From an uncultured Acidobacteriota bacterium (GTDB lineage: Bacteria; Acidobacteriota; UBA6911; RPQK01; JAPXNP01), in NCBI GenBank assembly GCA_963777605.1, contig CAVZRV010000007.1:672001-736000 (forward strand): a DNA stretch of 64,000 nt. The letters run 5' to 3'. The notes beneath the pieces are model-generated. The model searched no databases, was not told the origin of the DNA, and was given only the letters and a program-made list of their open reading frames with translations. A program made the translations under genes and the position numbers. Below are positions 39,262 through 48,477 of the stretch, in pieces. The first letter of the stretch is position 1. Every line of letters begins with the position of its first letter.

Positions 39262-41226
39262 GTGGACGCCCCAAAGTTAAAGCTCCCTCGAATGGCGGGT
39301 TACACAATTGTAGCAGCAGCCGTTTTCCTGGTTGGGAAGGTGACCTCCATGTTTCTTCCAGGGAACATCCTGGGCGTTCTGCAGGACATCGGCGTTCTCG
39401 CCCTGGCCGTCTCCGCCGTCTATTACGCCGTCCAGAGCTTCAACTGGATGCGGAGAGTGCTTCTCTGGAAGGTGCGCAACCGAATCATCGTTTCCTTTGC
39501 GGTCGTCGGCTTCCTTCCGCTGATAGTGCTGCTGATCTTCTCTTCAATCACCCTTTACCTGATCTCACAGCGCCTGAGCAATTTCTACCTCCAGAGCGAA
39601 CTCCAACAGATCTCCAGTATGCTCGACGAAGCTGGGCGCCAATCTGTCGTCAACTACCTGAGAAGACAGAACTCCAGCGTCCAGCACCTCGAAGAGGCAG
39701 CCCGCGCCGGGCTCCAGCGTATCCCCTTCGGCCTCAAGAACACCACCTGCTACATCTATCGGGCGTCTCCCCCCGGCACCCGGACGTTCAGCTGGGTCGC
39801 CACGGTCTCGGCGGAAGGAGGACCGACGCGCGAAGCCCCCCCGCTGTCACGCTGGATCCAGTCCGGCTTCTCGGGCCTGACGCTGGGTGCGGGCGGCCTC
39901 AGCTTCACCAGCGTCTTCGATCCCGACGACGATACCCGTTTCGTGATCCAGCTCCCGTTCGATACAGTAACGTTCGACTACCTGCGCAGGCGGACTTCCC
40001 TTGAACTGCTACTGACAAAATCGACGCCTCGCGACAATCCGGCGGCGTTCGAACGCGCCTATACGACGATCAGTGACGTCAATCGGCAGGGGATCGCAGT
40101 CCGAGGGGTTCACTTCTTCCGACCGGTCGACTGGGCAACCGGAGAACCCGGCGACTACTGGTCGATCGCCTTCTCCCTCCCGGTCCCGGTCCTGCTCGAA
40201 TACTTTTTCCATCAGGAGGTCGGATTCCTCGTACTCATTGCCGGCATCCTGATCGGGACATTTGTCCTGATTGAGATCTTGTCCCTGGTGATCGGCGTCA
40301 TGATTGCGCACCGGATAACCTTCTCGATCCACAACATTTACTCGGCCATCCAGAGCATCCAGGCAGGTGATTTCGGCGCCCAGATTCCCTCCCGGCACCG
40401 CGATCAGCTCGACAACGTGGCGGACTCGGTCAACGACATGTCCTCCAGCATCGTGCACTTGATGCAGGAAGTCTCACGCCGGGAAGCCCTGGAAAAGGAA
40501 CTGGAAATCGCCAAGGAAGTCCAGATCCAACTCTTCCCCCAGCAGTTGCCCACCGTCAACCGGCTGGCCATCTCCGCGGTCTGCCGACCAGCCCGCCAGG
40601 TCAGTGGTGACTATTACGATTTTCTGGTCCAGGATTCGGACGACGTGGACATCGTGGTTGGCGACATTTCCGGCAAGGGAATTTCCGCCGCTCTCCTGAT
40701 GGCGAGCCTCCAGGCCACGATTCGCAATGAACTTGTGGCAACCGACGGAGAGCCGCGGAAGAGGATGGCCCGGGTTGCCCATAACGTCAACCGACGACTT
40801 TATCGCAGGTCATCGCCGGAATCCTACTCGACACTGGTCCTCAACCACTGGGACGCCAGGGCCCGTCACCTCTATTACTGCAACGCCGGTCACCATCCTC
40901 CCCTCCATTTCTCGAAAGGCGAAGTCAATGGACTCACGGTCGGCGGTACCGTCGTTGGGCTATTCGAGAACTGGCAGTTCGAAGCCGGCGCCGTCGAGGT
41001 CAACCCGGGCGACGTCGTGCTCTATTTCACTGACGGCGTGGTCGAGGCAGCCAACGTCGATGGGGAGCAGTTTGGGACCGAGCGCCTCATCGAACTTGTC
41101 CAGCCGAACCTCTTCCTGACTCCCGAGGACATCCAGGAACTGGTCCTCGAGCAAGTTTTCTCCTGGAGCGAGGGTGAAGAGCAGGCGGACGACATCACCG
41201 TCGTTTGCCTCAAAGTGACCGACTGA
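39262..41226 (+). CDS. Membrane SpoIIE/PP2C (RsbU-like) phosphatase with HAMP domain
   Basis: TM helices, HAMP, ELEIAKEVQ, VSGDYYD, GDISGKG, NAGH, FTDGV, DDITV. Confidence 0.92.
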   Translation: MDAPKLKLPRMAGYTIVAAAVFLVGKVTSMFLPGNILGVLQDIGVLALAVSAVYYAVQSFNWMRRVLLWKVRNRIIVSFAVVGFLPLIVLLIFSSITLYLISQRLSNFYLQSELQQISSMLDEAGRQSVVNYLRRQNSSVQHLEEAARAGLQRIPFGLKNTTCYIYRASPPGTRTFSWVATVSAEGGPTREAPPLSRWIQSGFSGLTLGAGGLSFTSVFDPDDDTRFVIQLPFDTVTFDYLRRRTSLELLLTKSTPRDNPAAFERAYTTISDVNRQGIAVRGVHFFRPVDWATGEPGDYWSIAFSLPVPVLLEYFFHQEVGFLVLIAGILIGTFVLIEILSLVIGVMIAHRITFSIHNIYSAIQSIQAGDFGAQIPSRHRDQLDNVADSVNDMSSSIVHLMQEVSRREALEKELEIAKEVQIQLFPQQLPTVNRLAISAVCRPARQVSGDYYDFLVQDSDDVDIVVGDISGKGISAALLMASLQATIRNELVATDGEPRKRMARVAHNVNRRLYRRSSPESYSTLVLNHWDARARHLYYCNAGHHPPLHFSKGEVNGLTVGGTVVGLFENWQFEAGAVEVNPGDVVLYFTDGVVEAANVDGEQFGTERLIELVQPNLFLTPEDIQELVLEQVFSWSEGEEQADDITVVCLKVTD

Positions 41227-41727
41227 CTACCCTCGTGGTACGAGCCTGAAACCGCTCAGGGAGAGCTCGGCGTGGCTCGACAGCCAACCCTTGGGGAATT
41301 CCTCTATATAGAACGAGAAAGCCCTCTCGGTGAGCGGATCGATGGCCGGAGTATAGGGGCCCGGCTGAAGAGGAGTTCGCACTTCCTCGGCTACCGGTTT
41401 GTCGTAGTTGAAGAAGGTTAACTTGACCTCGACCACATCGACCGGCCGCTCGCCGTTGTTCACGACGACTCCCGAGACCATCACGATCCTCTTTTTGGCG
41501 AAGTTGAGCCCCATCTGAATATTGGCGTCCTTCAGCTCGAGGAATGACCGATAACGGTCAAACTCCGGATCCCCGGCATGAACAACGCCGGTCAGATCAA
41601 CCTTCTTCTCCTTGACGGAGTTGACGACAAAGATCGCCCCGGCTGCGAGAAGTCCCACGACCACGACAGCCAGGGGAACGATCTTGACCATTGAAAACGA
41701 CTTGCTGCTATCGGACTTCTCGAACAT
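41227..41727 (-). CDS. Single-TM hypothetical protein with Ig-like (FxLYD-like) domain
   Basis: TM helix, then VSGVVVNNGERPVDVVEVKLTFFN; start overlaps the Pal stop. Confidence 0.6.
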   Translation of the reverse strand: MFEKSDSSKSFSMVKIVPLAVVVVGLLAAGAIFVVNSVKEKKVDLTGVVHAGDPEFDRYRSFLELKDANIQMGLNFAKKRIVMVSGVVVNNGERPVDVVEVKLTFFNYDKPVAEEVRTPLQPGPYTPAIDPLTERAFSFYIEEFPKGWLSSHAELSLSGFRLVPRG

Positions 41728-42593
41728 CAGTGTTCCTTGAGGAGGACAAACTCGGTCCGCCGGTTCAGGGCGTAGGCTTCCTCCGTCTGCCCCTTGTCGA
41801 AGGGGCGTTCCTCACCAAGGGATACGGTGGCAATCCGGTTGGCGTCGATCCCATGCTCAACCAGGTAATCCCGGACTACGGCCGCCCGCTTGTCGCCCAG
41901 CGCAAGATTGTATTCTTCGCTTCCACGTTCGTCGGTATGTCCTTCCAGCACAAAACGGATCACTCGATTCTCGGGTCGGTTCAGCCATCGCACATCCGCA
42001 TCGAGCGTCAACCTCGATTCCGCCGTCAGTTCGGCGCTGTCGAAGGAAAAGAAAACCGGGTTCACTTCAACCTTAAACTGCTCGTCCGGCGTCAATCTTC
42101 TGAGGTTCTCGGAGCTCACGTCCCCGGCAACCGGGGCGCCGACTCTTACTTCCACCGTGGCCTTTCGGGTCAGCTCGCCCCCGGGCCCTTCCGCTGTAAA
42201 CGTGTATGTAGTGGTGGCGTCCGGGTAGAATTTGATCCGGCCCGAAGCCTCCACCTCTCCAATCGCCGGTTCGATGTTGACTCGCGTCGTATTCTGGCTT
42301 TGCCAGGTCAGGAGTGCCGACTCTCCAGGGTTGATAACCGACGGTTCGACTCGAAGCTCGAGCGTCGGAGCCATGACAACACCTCCCCTGTCGGTACCGG
42401 CCGATTCATCCACACTGGGAGTGCCGACAGGTCCCGGGGACGGTGGAAGCGGGGGAGGCCTTTTTCCACAACTGCCGAGGATTAGCAGGACCATCAGGAG
42501 AGCCGCCAGCTTCCCCGAAAGGGACAACCGGGCGATCCATCCCGGGCTCAGCCGACAACGATTTGGAATGCGCTTGAGTTCAGGAATTTTCAC
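41727..42593 (-). CDS. pal: OmpA/Pal family peptidoglycan-associated lipoprotein with Ig-like insert
   Basis: Lipobox LGSC; VFFSFDS, EGHTDERGSEEYNLALGDKRA, SLGEERP, NRRTEF. Confidence 0.85.
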   Translation of the reverse strand: MKIPELKRIPNRCRLSPGWIARLSLSGKLAALLMVLLILGSCGKRPPPLPPSPGPVGTPSVDESAGTDRGGVVMAPTLELRVEPSVINPGESALLTWQSQNTTRVNIEPAIGEVEASGRIKFYPDATTTYTFTAEGPGGELTRKATVEVRVGAPVAGDVSSENLRRLTPDEQFKVEVNPVFFSFDSAELTAESRLTLDADVRWLNRPENRVIRFVLEGHTDERGSEEYNLALGDKRAAVVRDYLVEHGIDANRIATVSLGEERPFDKGQTEEAYALNRRTEFVLLKEH

Positions 42594-43843
42594 GACGCGC
42601 CTACGATCACAGTGGTGTAGTTTAACGTATCCAAATAAAGTCGAGCAACCCGGGAGACGTCGCTAAGCGTAACAGATCTAATAAGATCCGGGTAACGGTC
42701 AGGGTACTCGGCCGAGAGCCCAAACACTTCGATCAGCAACAGCAAACGAGCCACAGAGAGGTTCGACTGGAGTTCAAAGACGAAGTTGCCGGTCAGAAAA
42801 GCTTGGGCCGCCTCAAGTTCGTCGGCCTGGGGCCCTCCTTCCACAAATGCTTCGATCTCCCGAAGCAAGGCTTCCCGTGCACGGGTCAGGTTCTCGGGGG
42901 CCGTCCCAATATAGGCAACGAACCTCCCAGGATAGATTCCCGCAGATCCGGCAAGATCGGAGTAGGTCAGGTAGGCTAATCCCCACTCATCTCTCAGGTG
43001 CCTGGGGATTCGGCTGGTGAAACCGGGGCCGCCCCCCAGAACCGTGTCCATGACCTGTGCCGCATAATAGTCAGGACTGCTGCGCGCGATACCGAGGTGT
43101 CCCAGATAGAGATTGACCTGTTCCTTGTCCATGAAGAAGGAATCCAGGACCGGTTCCGACTGCCGGGTCAAGCCCTCCAGGCTCGCCAGGTCCAGGTCCG
43201 GGTTGTTCCAATCGCCAAACTGCCGCCCGACCTCCCCGATCGCGACGCCCAAATCGATATCTCCAACGATTACGACAACACAGTTCTCCGGTCCGTACTT
43301 CCTGCGATGAAAGTCCTGGAGTTGTTCCCGGGAGATTTGAGCCACACTCTCCACCGTTCCAAGCACCGGGTCCGCCAGCGGAGTTCCCCTGTAGATCCAC
43401 CGATTGAGACGCTGGCTGCCGACCAGTTGAGGATCGTCGGCCATCGACATCAGGTGACCGATAACCTGGTGTCGTTCGAGCTCGATACGTCTCTCCGGAA
43501 AAATCGGCCGCTGCAACATGTCCGCCAGCAACTCCACTCCGATTCTGAGATGTCTGGAACGGAGGGTCAGACTGACACCCGACAACTCCCGTTCGCTGAA
43601 GCTGCTGATCTCGGCCCCGATGCCCTCGAGTTCCCCGGATATCTCCCGGTGAGTTCGGGACTCCGTTCCCTCCTCGAGGAGCCTCGCAGTCAACGAAGCC
43701 ATCCCTGGCCACTCGACAGGGTTCTGGTCCTTTCCAGCCAGGAAGAATGCACTCACGGATACAAGCGGAACCTTCCGCGTCCGATGGTGGAGAAGCCGGA
43801 GCCCGTTGTCGAGGTGCACCCTCTGAAACCATGGGTCAGCCAT
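42590..43843 (-). CDS. M16B (pitrilysin) peptidase, non-catalytic subunit
   Basis: LDNGLRL; no HxxEH; LGGGPGFTSRI...LRDEWGLAY (R/Y pair). Confidence 0.88.
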   Translation of the reverse strand: MADPWFQRVHLDNGLRLLHHRTRKVPLVSVSAFFLAGKDQNPVEWPGMASLTARLLEEGTESRTHREISGELEGIGAEISSFSERELSGVSLTLRSRHLRIGVELLADMLQRPIFPERRIELERHQVIGHLMSMADDPQLVGSQRLNRWIYRGTPLADPVLGTVESVAQISREQLQDFHRRKYGPENCVVVIVGDIDLGVAIGEVGRQFGDWNNPDLDLASLEGLTRQSEPVLDSFFMDKEQVNLYLGHLGIARSSPDYYAAQVMDTVLGGGPGFTSRIPRHLRDEWGLAYLTYSDLAGSAGIYPGRFVAYIGTAPENLTRAREALLREIEAFVEGGPQADELEAAQAFLTGNFVFELQSNLSVARLLLLIEVFGLSAEYPDRYPDLIRSVTLSDVSRVARLYLDTLNYTTVIVGAS

Positions 43844-45075
43844 GATTTTCCTCTGCTGGAAGTACGCAGGTGACGGCCGAACCCGGGGACAGATACCGCC
43901 GCACGCAATCTCGGATCTCGACCGGCTGGACCGCTTCCACGCGTTCGATCAGTCGGTTCAGGCTCTCCCAGTGGTCGAGCACCGCGAAGAGACCAAGCTG
44001 GAAAGCCTGGTCAAACGGGCTTTCCAGGTCTGTCAAGAAGCTGGTCAACGACTGGTTCTGAGCTTTGCCCAATTCGTCGTGGCCAATCAATTGATTCCCC
44101 AGGTCCTCGAGGACTTCTTCAACGGCCGCAACCACACGATCCGGGCTCACGCCCTCAGCCAGCTCGAAGCGAAAAATGAAGTGATAGGGGTCGATCGTCT
44201 CTTCCAGCTCGGTGGACTGAAACGAAACCAGTTCCTCTTCCTCTACGAGGCGCTGGTGGAGACGAGAGAGTTTCCCCTGTGAAAGGATTCGGTCAAGGAG
44301 CATGAATCGGACAAAATCGGGCGAGCTGAGGGCCGGCGCGGGAAAGGCCATCATGATTCGCGTGACACCGCTCGGCTGCTGGAGAGTTCCCCGCCAGGGC
44401 CCCGCTATCCGTCTGCCCCTGTGCCTGGCGTGGCGAGGTCTGCGCTCTCCCGGCAGCTTCCCAAAGTGATCCCGGATCGATTCCAGGACAGACTCTCGTT
44501 CGAAGTCTCCGGCAATCACCAGGGTGGCATTGCCGGGGACGTAGAACCTCCGGTAATAGGATCGCACCGCTCGGCGATTGAATCGGACAATGTCGTCAGG
44601 CAGGCCAACGATCGGCTTGCCGTACGGATGATCGGGGAAGGCGACCCGGTCAATCAGTTGCTGCATCGCCTCCCAGGGATTGTCCAGGCTCATCCTGGCT
44701 TCCTCGAGTACAACCTGGCGCTCCAGCTCGAACTCGTGCCGGACGAACCGGGTGTTGACCATTCGGTCCGCCTCCATCTCCAGCGAGTGGAGCCATCGAT
44801 CCGAGGCGAACGAGAAGTAATAGGCCGTGAAGTCATGCCCCGTGAAGGCGTTATTGTATCCGCCGTTCATCGTCGTCTGGAAGTCGATTTCTCCCTTGCC
44901 GAAGCGCTCAGTTCCCTTGAACATCATGTGCTCAATGAAATGAGACATCCCACTGAAACCGGCCCGCTCATCACGGCCGCCGACCCGGTACCAGATCATT
45001 GACGTAACGATGGGGACAGAGTGATCCTCACGAGTCAGGATTCTGAGCCCGTTTTCCAGCGATGACTCAGTAACT
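43836..45075 (-). CDS. M16B zinc peptidase, catalytic subunit (5' end unresolved)
   Basis: GMSHFIEHMMFKGT (HxxEH). The in-frame EVTESSLENGLRILTREDHSVPIVTS lies upstream of the ORF-track start at 44999, with no canonical start codon; probable frameshift near 45082. Confidence 0.85.
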
Positions 45076-45109
45076 TCGGTTAAACTGAACGGCAGAAGGC
45101 GGCATCTCC

Positions 45110-46474
45110 ATGAAAGTAGGACGGAAAATCAAACCCACGATTCTTGTAGCGCTCCTGATTATAGCCTCTACCGCACTCCTCGCTGAAGTGCCAGACATGC
45201 TCAGGCTGCCCGAAATCGACCGGCGGCCGCTCCTGAACGGAATGCAGACTCTCTTCTTCGATAGCGAAGGCGATCGCTGCCACTTTGTCATGATGATCGA
45301 GAACGGGGCTGCGTTCGACCCGGTCGACAAGTGGGGCGCCACCTACGTCATGATGGACCTGGTCGTTGAAGGGTTGGCTGAGCGGAACCTTGCCCCTGAG
45401 TTCACGGCGCGAAACATCGAACTCACCTACGAAGTCGATTGGGACGCACTCTATTTGATCGGCAGCGCGCCTTCCAAAGACATGGAATTCGCCCTGATGA
45501 CGCTTGCTGAACTCGTGGTCGAGCCCAATTTCACCGAGGAGGGTTTTCAGCGGTCACGCGACAAGCTGCTGGCCAAGCTCAAGGAAAAGGATTCGGACAT
45601 CGGCTCGATTACGCAGGCCCTGTTCATTTCCCGGATCTTCGGCGCCAACCCCTACTCCCACTCTGTCAAGGGTACCGTTGAGACGATCGAGAACCTGGAC
45701 CTGCGCGATATTAAGATTCAGGCTCGCCGGCTGCTTCTGCCTAACCAGGCCCGCCTCGCGCTCGCATTTTCGGGCGATCGTGACAACCTCTTCCGGCGCC
45801 TCAGTCGGAGATGGGGAGCCTGGGTCCGCCAGGAGGCGGCTCCCTTTACGTTCCGTCAGAGCAATATGCCGTCGGAAGACCAGATCGTCCTCGTCCCTCA
45901 TGCGGAGGAAGGCCGCAGCTTGATCCGCTGGGGCTATTTAGGAGTCGAGCGGTCCTCTCGGCAGTACTTGACATACAAGGTTCTGGAGCAGTACTTGACA
46001 CTCTCTCTTCCCGACTGGGCCCAGGAAGTCGCGGCCCAGACCCAAATTCGAGGATATGCCCGTGTCGAAGCCCGCAAGATGCCTGGGTTCCTGCAGATCA
46101 GCCTCGACTCGGCGCCGGAACGGGTTCCCACGTATCTGCGCAAGTTCAGGTCGGTTCTCGCCGCACTGAAAGAGGGCCAAATCAACGAGAAGCGGTTCGC
46201 AGAAGCAAAGCTTCTTCTTCTCCAGGAACTTCAGTCCAATATGGACAACCCGCTGGCCAGGATTCGGGAAGTACTGGCAACGGAATTGTACGACTTGGGC
46301 ATTAATTTCATCCCCACCTTTCCACTACGGCTCGAGAGAGTGACGCCGGAGGTGTTTCGAAATACTGTTAAGGAGGGCTTTCCGGAGGGAGGTTCGGTGG
46401 CAGTAATTGCAACTCCGAACGACTCGATGAAGGCTGAATTGGAGGAACTTGGCAAAGTAGAAGTCTTGAATTAA
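45110..46474 (+). CDS. Exported M16-family (insulinase-like) non-catalytic protein
   Basis: Signal peptide; LLNGM, GAAFDP, FGANPYSHSVKGT; no HxxEH. Confidence 0.75.
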   Translation: MKVGRKIKPTILVALLIIASTALLAEVPDMLRLPEIDRRPLLNGMQTLFFDSEGDRCHFVMMIENGAAFDPVDKWGATYVMMDLVVEGLAERNLAPEFTARNIELTYEVDWDALYLIGSAPSKDMEFALMTLAELVVEPNFTEEGFQRSRDKLLAKLKEKDSDIGSITQALFISRIFGANPYSHSVKGTVETIENLDLRDIKIQARRLLLPNQARLALAFSGDRDNLFRRLSRRWGAWVRQEAAPFTFRQSNMPSEDQIVLVPHAEEGRSLIRWGYLGVERSSRQYLTYKVLEQYLTLSLPDWAQEVAAQTQIRGYARVEARKMPGFLQISLDSAPERVPTYLRKFRSVLAALKEGQINEKRFAEAKLLLLQELQSNMDNPLARIREVLATELYDLGINFIPTFPLRLERVTPEVFRNTVKEGFPEGGSVAVIATPNDSMKAELEELGKVEVLN

Positions 46475-46516
46475 CTTCTTGAAGCCGCTAAAATTACGCC
46501 GGTAGGCGTCTACTCC

Positions 46517-46547
46517 AAAAGTGGGCACATGCCCACTTTTTTATTTT
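46517..46547 (+). promoter_or_regulatory. rimP leader hairpin (attenuator/terminator)
   Basis: AAAAGTGGGC-ACAT-GCCCACTTTT-TTATTTT just upstream of rimP, matching the known conserved GTGGG...CCCAC rimP leader. Confidence 0.8.
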
Positions 46548-46556
46548 GGGCGGGTA

Positions 46557-47015
46557 ATGATTGGCGTTGCGCAGCGGGCGCGGGATCTCATCAAATCAGT
46601 CGTTGAAGAAGAAGGTTTTGAGCTGGTTCACGTGGAATACACGGCGACGGGCTCTGCGCCTGTTCTGCGGGTGTACGTAGACAGACCAGGAGGTATCACC
46701 CTCTCGGATTGCGCGGGATTGAGTAGAAGGATCAGTGTCCTCCTCGACGTGGAGGATTTTATCCCGACTCATTACTTATTGGAAGTGTCTTCGCCGGGAA
46801 TCGAGCGTCCACTCTTTACAGAGCGCGACTATTTACGGTTCAACGGACGGGAAATCCGTCTGAGTACCCGAGAGAAGATAGACAAGCGAAGGAACTTTAG
46901 AGGGACTATAGAGGAATTCCATGACGGCATTGTGCGCCTTCGTTGTGCAAATCAGGTCTATGAGATCCCGTTTGCACAGGTGAAACGCGCTAACTTGGTA
47001 TACGACTTTGATTGA
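46557..47015 (+). CDS. rimP: Ribosome maturation factor RimP
   Basis: ELVHVE, LRVYVDRPGGITLSDC, YLLEVSSPGIERPL. Confidence 0.95.
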   Translation: MIGVAQRARDLIKSVVEEEGFELVHVEYTATGSAPVLRVYVDRPGGITLSDCAGLSRRISVLLDVEDFIPTHYLLEVSSPGIERPLFTERDYLRFNGREIRLSTREKIDKRRNFRGTIEEFHDGIVRLRCANQVYEIPFAQVKRANLVYDFD

Positions 47016-47065
47016 GCAATGGCCGATTGGCGGGCAACCGTCCGGCCGGCCGGGTAAGAGACAAG

Positions 47066-48466
47066 ATGGTAAACGCACTGACGCAAACCATTGAACAACT
47101 GAGCAAGGAAAAGGGCATCAATCCGGAACTGGTCTACCAGGCGTTGGAAGATGCCATGGTTGCTGCCGCCCGCAGGTACTTCAAGACCGAGGAAGAGCTC
47201 CAGGCGACGATCGACAGGGAGACCGGTCAGATCGAGGTGTTCGCGGTCAAGGAAGTTGTGGACGAGGTCGAGGACCCGGCGACCCAGATGTCCCTGGACG
47301 ATGCGCTGGCAATTGACGGGACCTTCGAGGTGGGTGACTACATCGAACTACCCAAGAAGATCGTCGAGTTTGGGCGGATTGCTGCGCAGACCGCCAAGCA
47401 GGTGATCGTCCAGAAGGTTCGTGAGGCGGAGCGGGAGATCATTTTCGCCGAGTTCTCCGATCAGATCGGCAGTGTGGTCAATGGTATCGTCCGACGCTAT
47501 GAAGGCAGGGACGTAATCCTGGACATCGGACGTACGGAGGCCATCCTCCCGCTGAACCAGCAGTCGAGAAACGAGATGTATAACCAGGGTGATCGGTTGC
47601 GCGCGGTCATCGTTGAAGTTCACCGCCAGGCCAAGGGCCCTCAGATCGTGGTTTCCCGAAACCATCCCAGCCTGTTGATTCGTCTGTTCGAGAGTGAGAT
47701 TCCCGAGGTCTTTGACGGGACCGTACTGATCAAGAATGCGGTCCGTGAAGGAGGCGAACGGGCGAAAGTCGCAGTCGCGAGTACGGATGCTTCGGTCGAT
47801 CCGGTTGGTGCCTGTGTCGGAATGAAGGGCAGCCGGATCAACTCGGTAATCCGTGAACTGCGCGGCGAGAAGATTGACATCATCAACTTCTCGGGCGACA
47901 TTATCGAGTACACTGTTCATGCTCTGAATCCAGCCAGAATCTCTCGGGTTCTCGTGGCAGATCCGGTCGATAAGATTCTCGAGGTCATTGTCGCTGAGGA
48001 CCAGTTGTCCCTGGCCATTGGACGCAAGGGCCAGAATGTGCGATTGGCTTCCAAGCTGTTGGGCTGGGAAATCAACATCAAGAGCGAACAGGAAAAGAAG
48101 CTGGAAATAATGAACCAGATGGACCAGTTGGACGCGTCCTCTGCGGCCGAGAAAGATGACATCCCGATCGTCCAGTTGCCAGGCGTCGGCGATGTGGTTC
48201 AGGGTCGGCTGGAAGAGGCCGGTATCGAAACGGTCCAGGATCTGGCCGCGTGTTCGTTCGAAGAACTGGTTTCCATTCCCGGCATCGGCGACAAGACCGC
48301 TCAGCGGCTGAAACAGAGTGCCGAACTGCTGCTGGCTGCCCCCGCGGTGGTGTTGGCAGAGGTCGCAGAGCGTCAGAAGGCCGAAAGAGCAGCGAAAGAA
48401 GGCCTCGTGGAAGAGAACACTTCGGAAGAAGCCGCCGCCGGGAACGAAGAGGAGACGCCCGCATAG
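47066..48466 (+). CDS. nusA: Transcription termination factor NusA
   Basis: FGRIAAQTAKQVIVQK, DPVGACVGMKGSRI, LSLAIGRKGQNVRLA; C-terminal HhH. Confidence 0.97.
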   Translation: MVNALTQTIEQLSKEKGINPELVYQALEDAMVAAARRYFKTEEELQATIDRETGQIEVFAVKEVVDEVEDPATQMSLDDALAIDGTFEVGDYIELPKKIVEFGRIAAQTAKQVIVQKVREAEREIIFAEFSDQIGSVVNGIVRRYEGRDVILDIGRTEAILPLNQQSRNEMYNQGDRLRAVIVEVHRQAKGPQIVVSRNHPSLLIRLFESEIPEVFDGTVLIKNAVREGGERAKVAVASTDASVDPVGACVGMKGSRINSVIRELRGEKIDIINFSGDIIEYTVHALNPARISRVLVADPVDKILEVIVAEDQLSLAIGRKGQNVRLASKLLGWEINIKSEQEKKLEIMNQMDQLDASSAAEKDDIPIVQLPGVGDVVQGRLEEAGIETVQDLAACSFEELVSIPGIGDKTAQRLKQSAELLLAAPAVVLAEVAERQKAERAAKEGLVEENTSEEAAAGNEEETPA

Positions 48467-48477
48467 GTAACGAAGGA

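Noticed and set aside
27871-41226. Sporulation/germination island (ald, alanine symporter, SPL-like, SpoIIE domain)
   Set aside because: All of these families are widespread in non-sporulators, lpxD and Pal indicate a diderm, and no spo0A, SASP or ger genes are seen.
48250-48477. N-terminal extension of IF-2 overlapping nusA
   Set aside because: ORF-caller over-extension; the SD and typical IF2 N-terminus support ATG 48478. The same applies to the long starts at 30918, 35955, 52286 and 58880.
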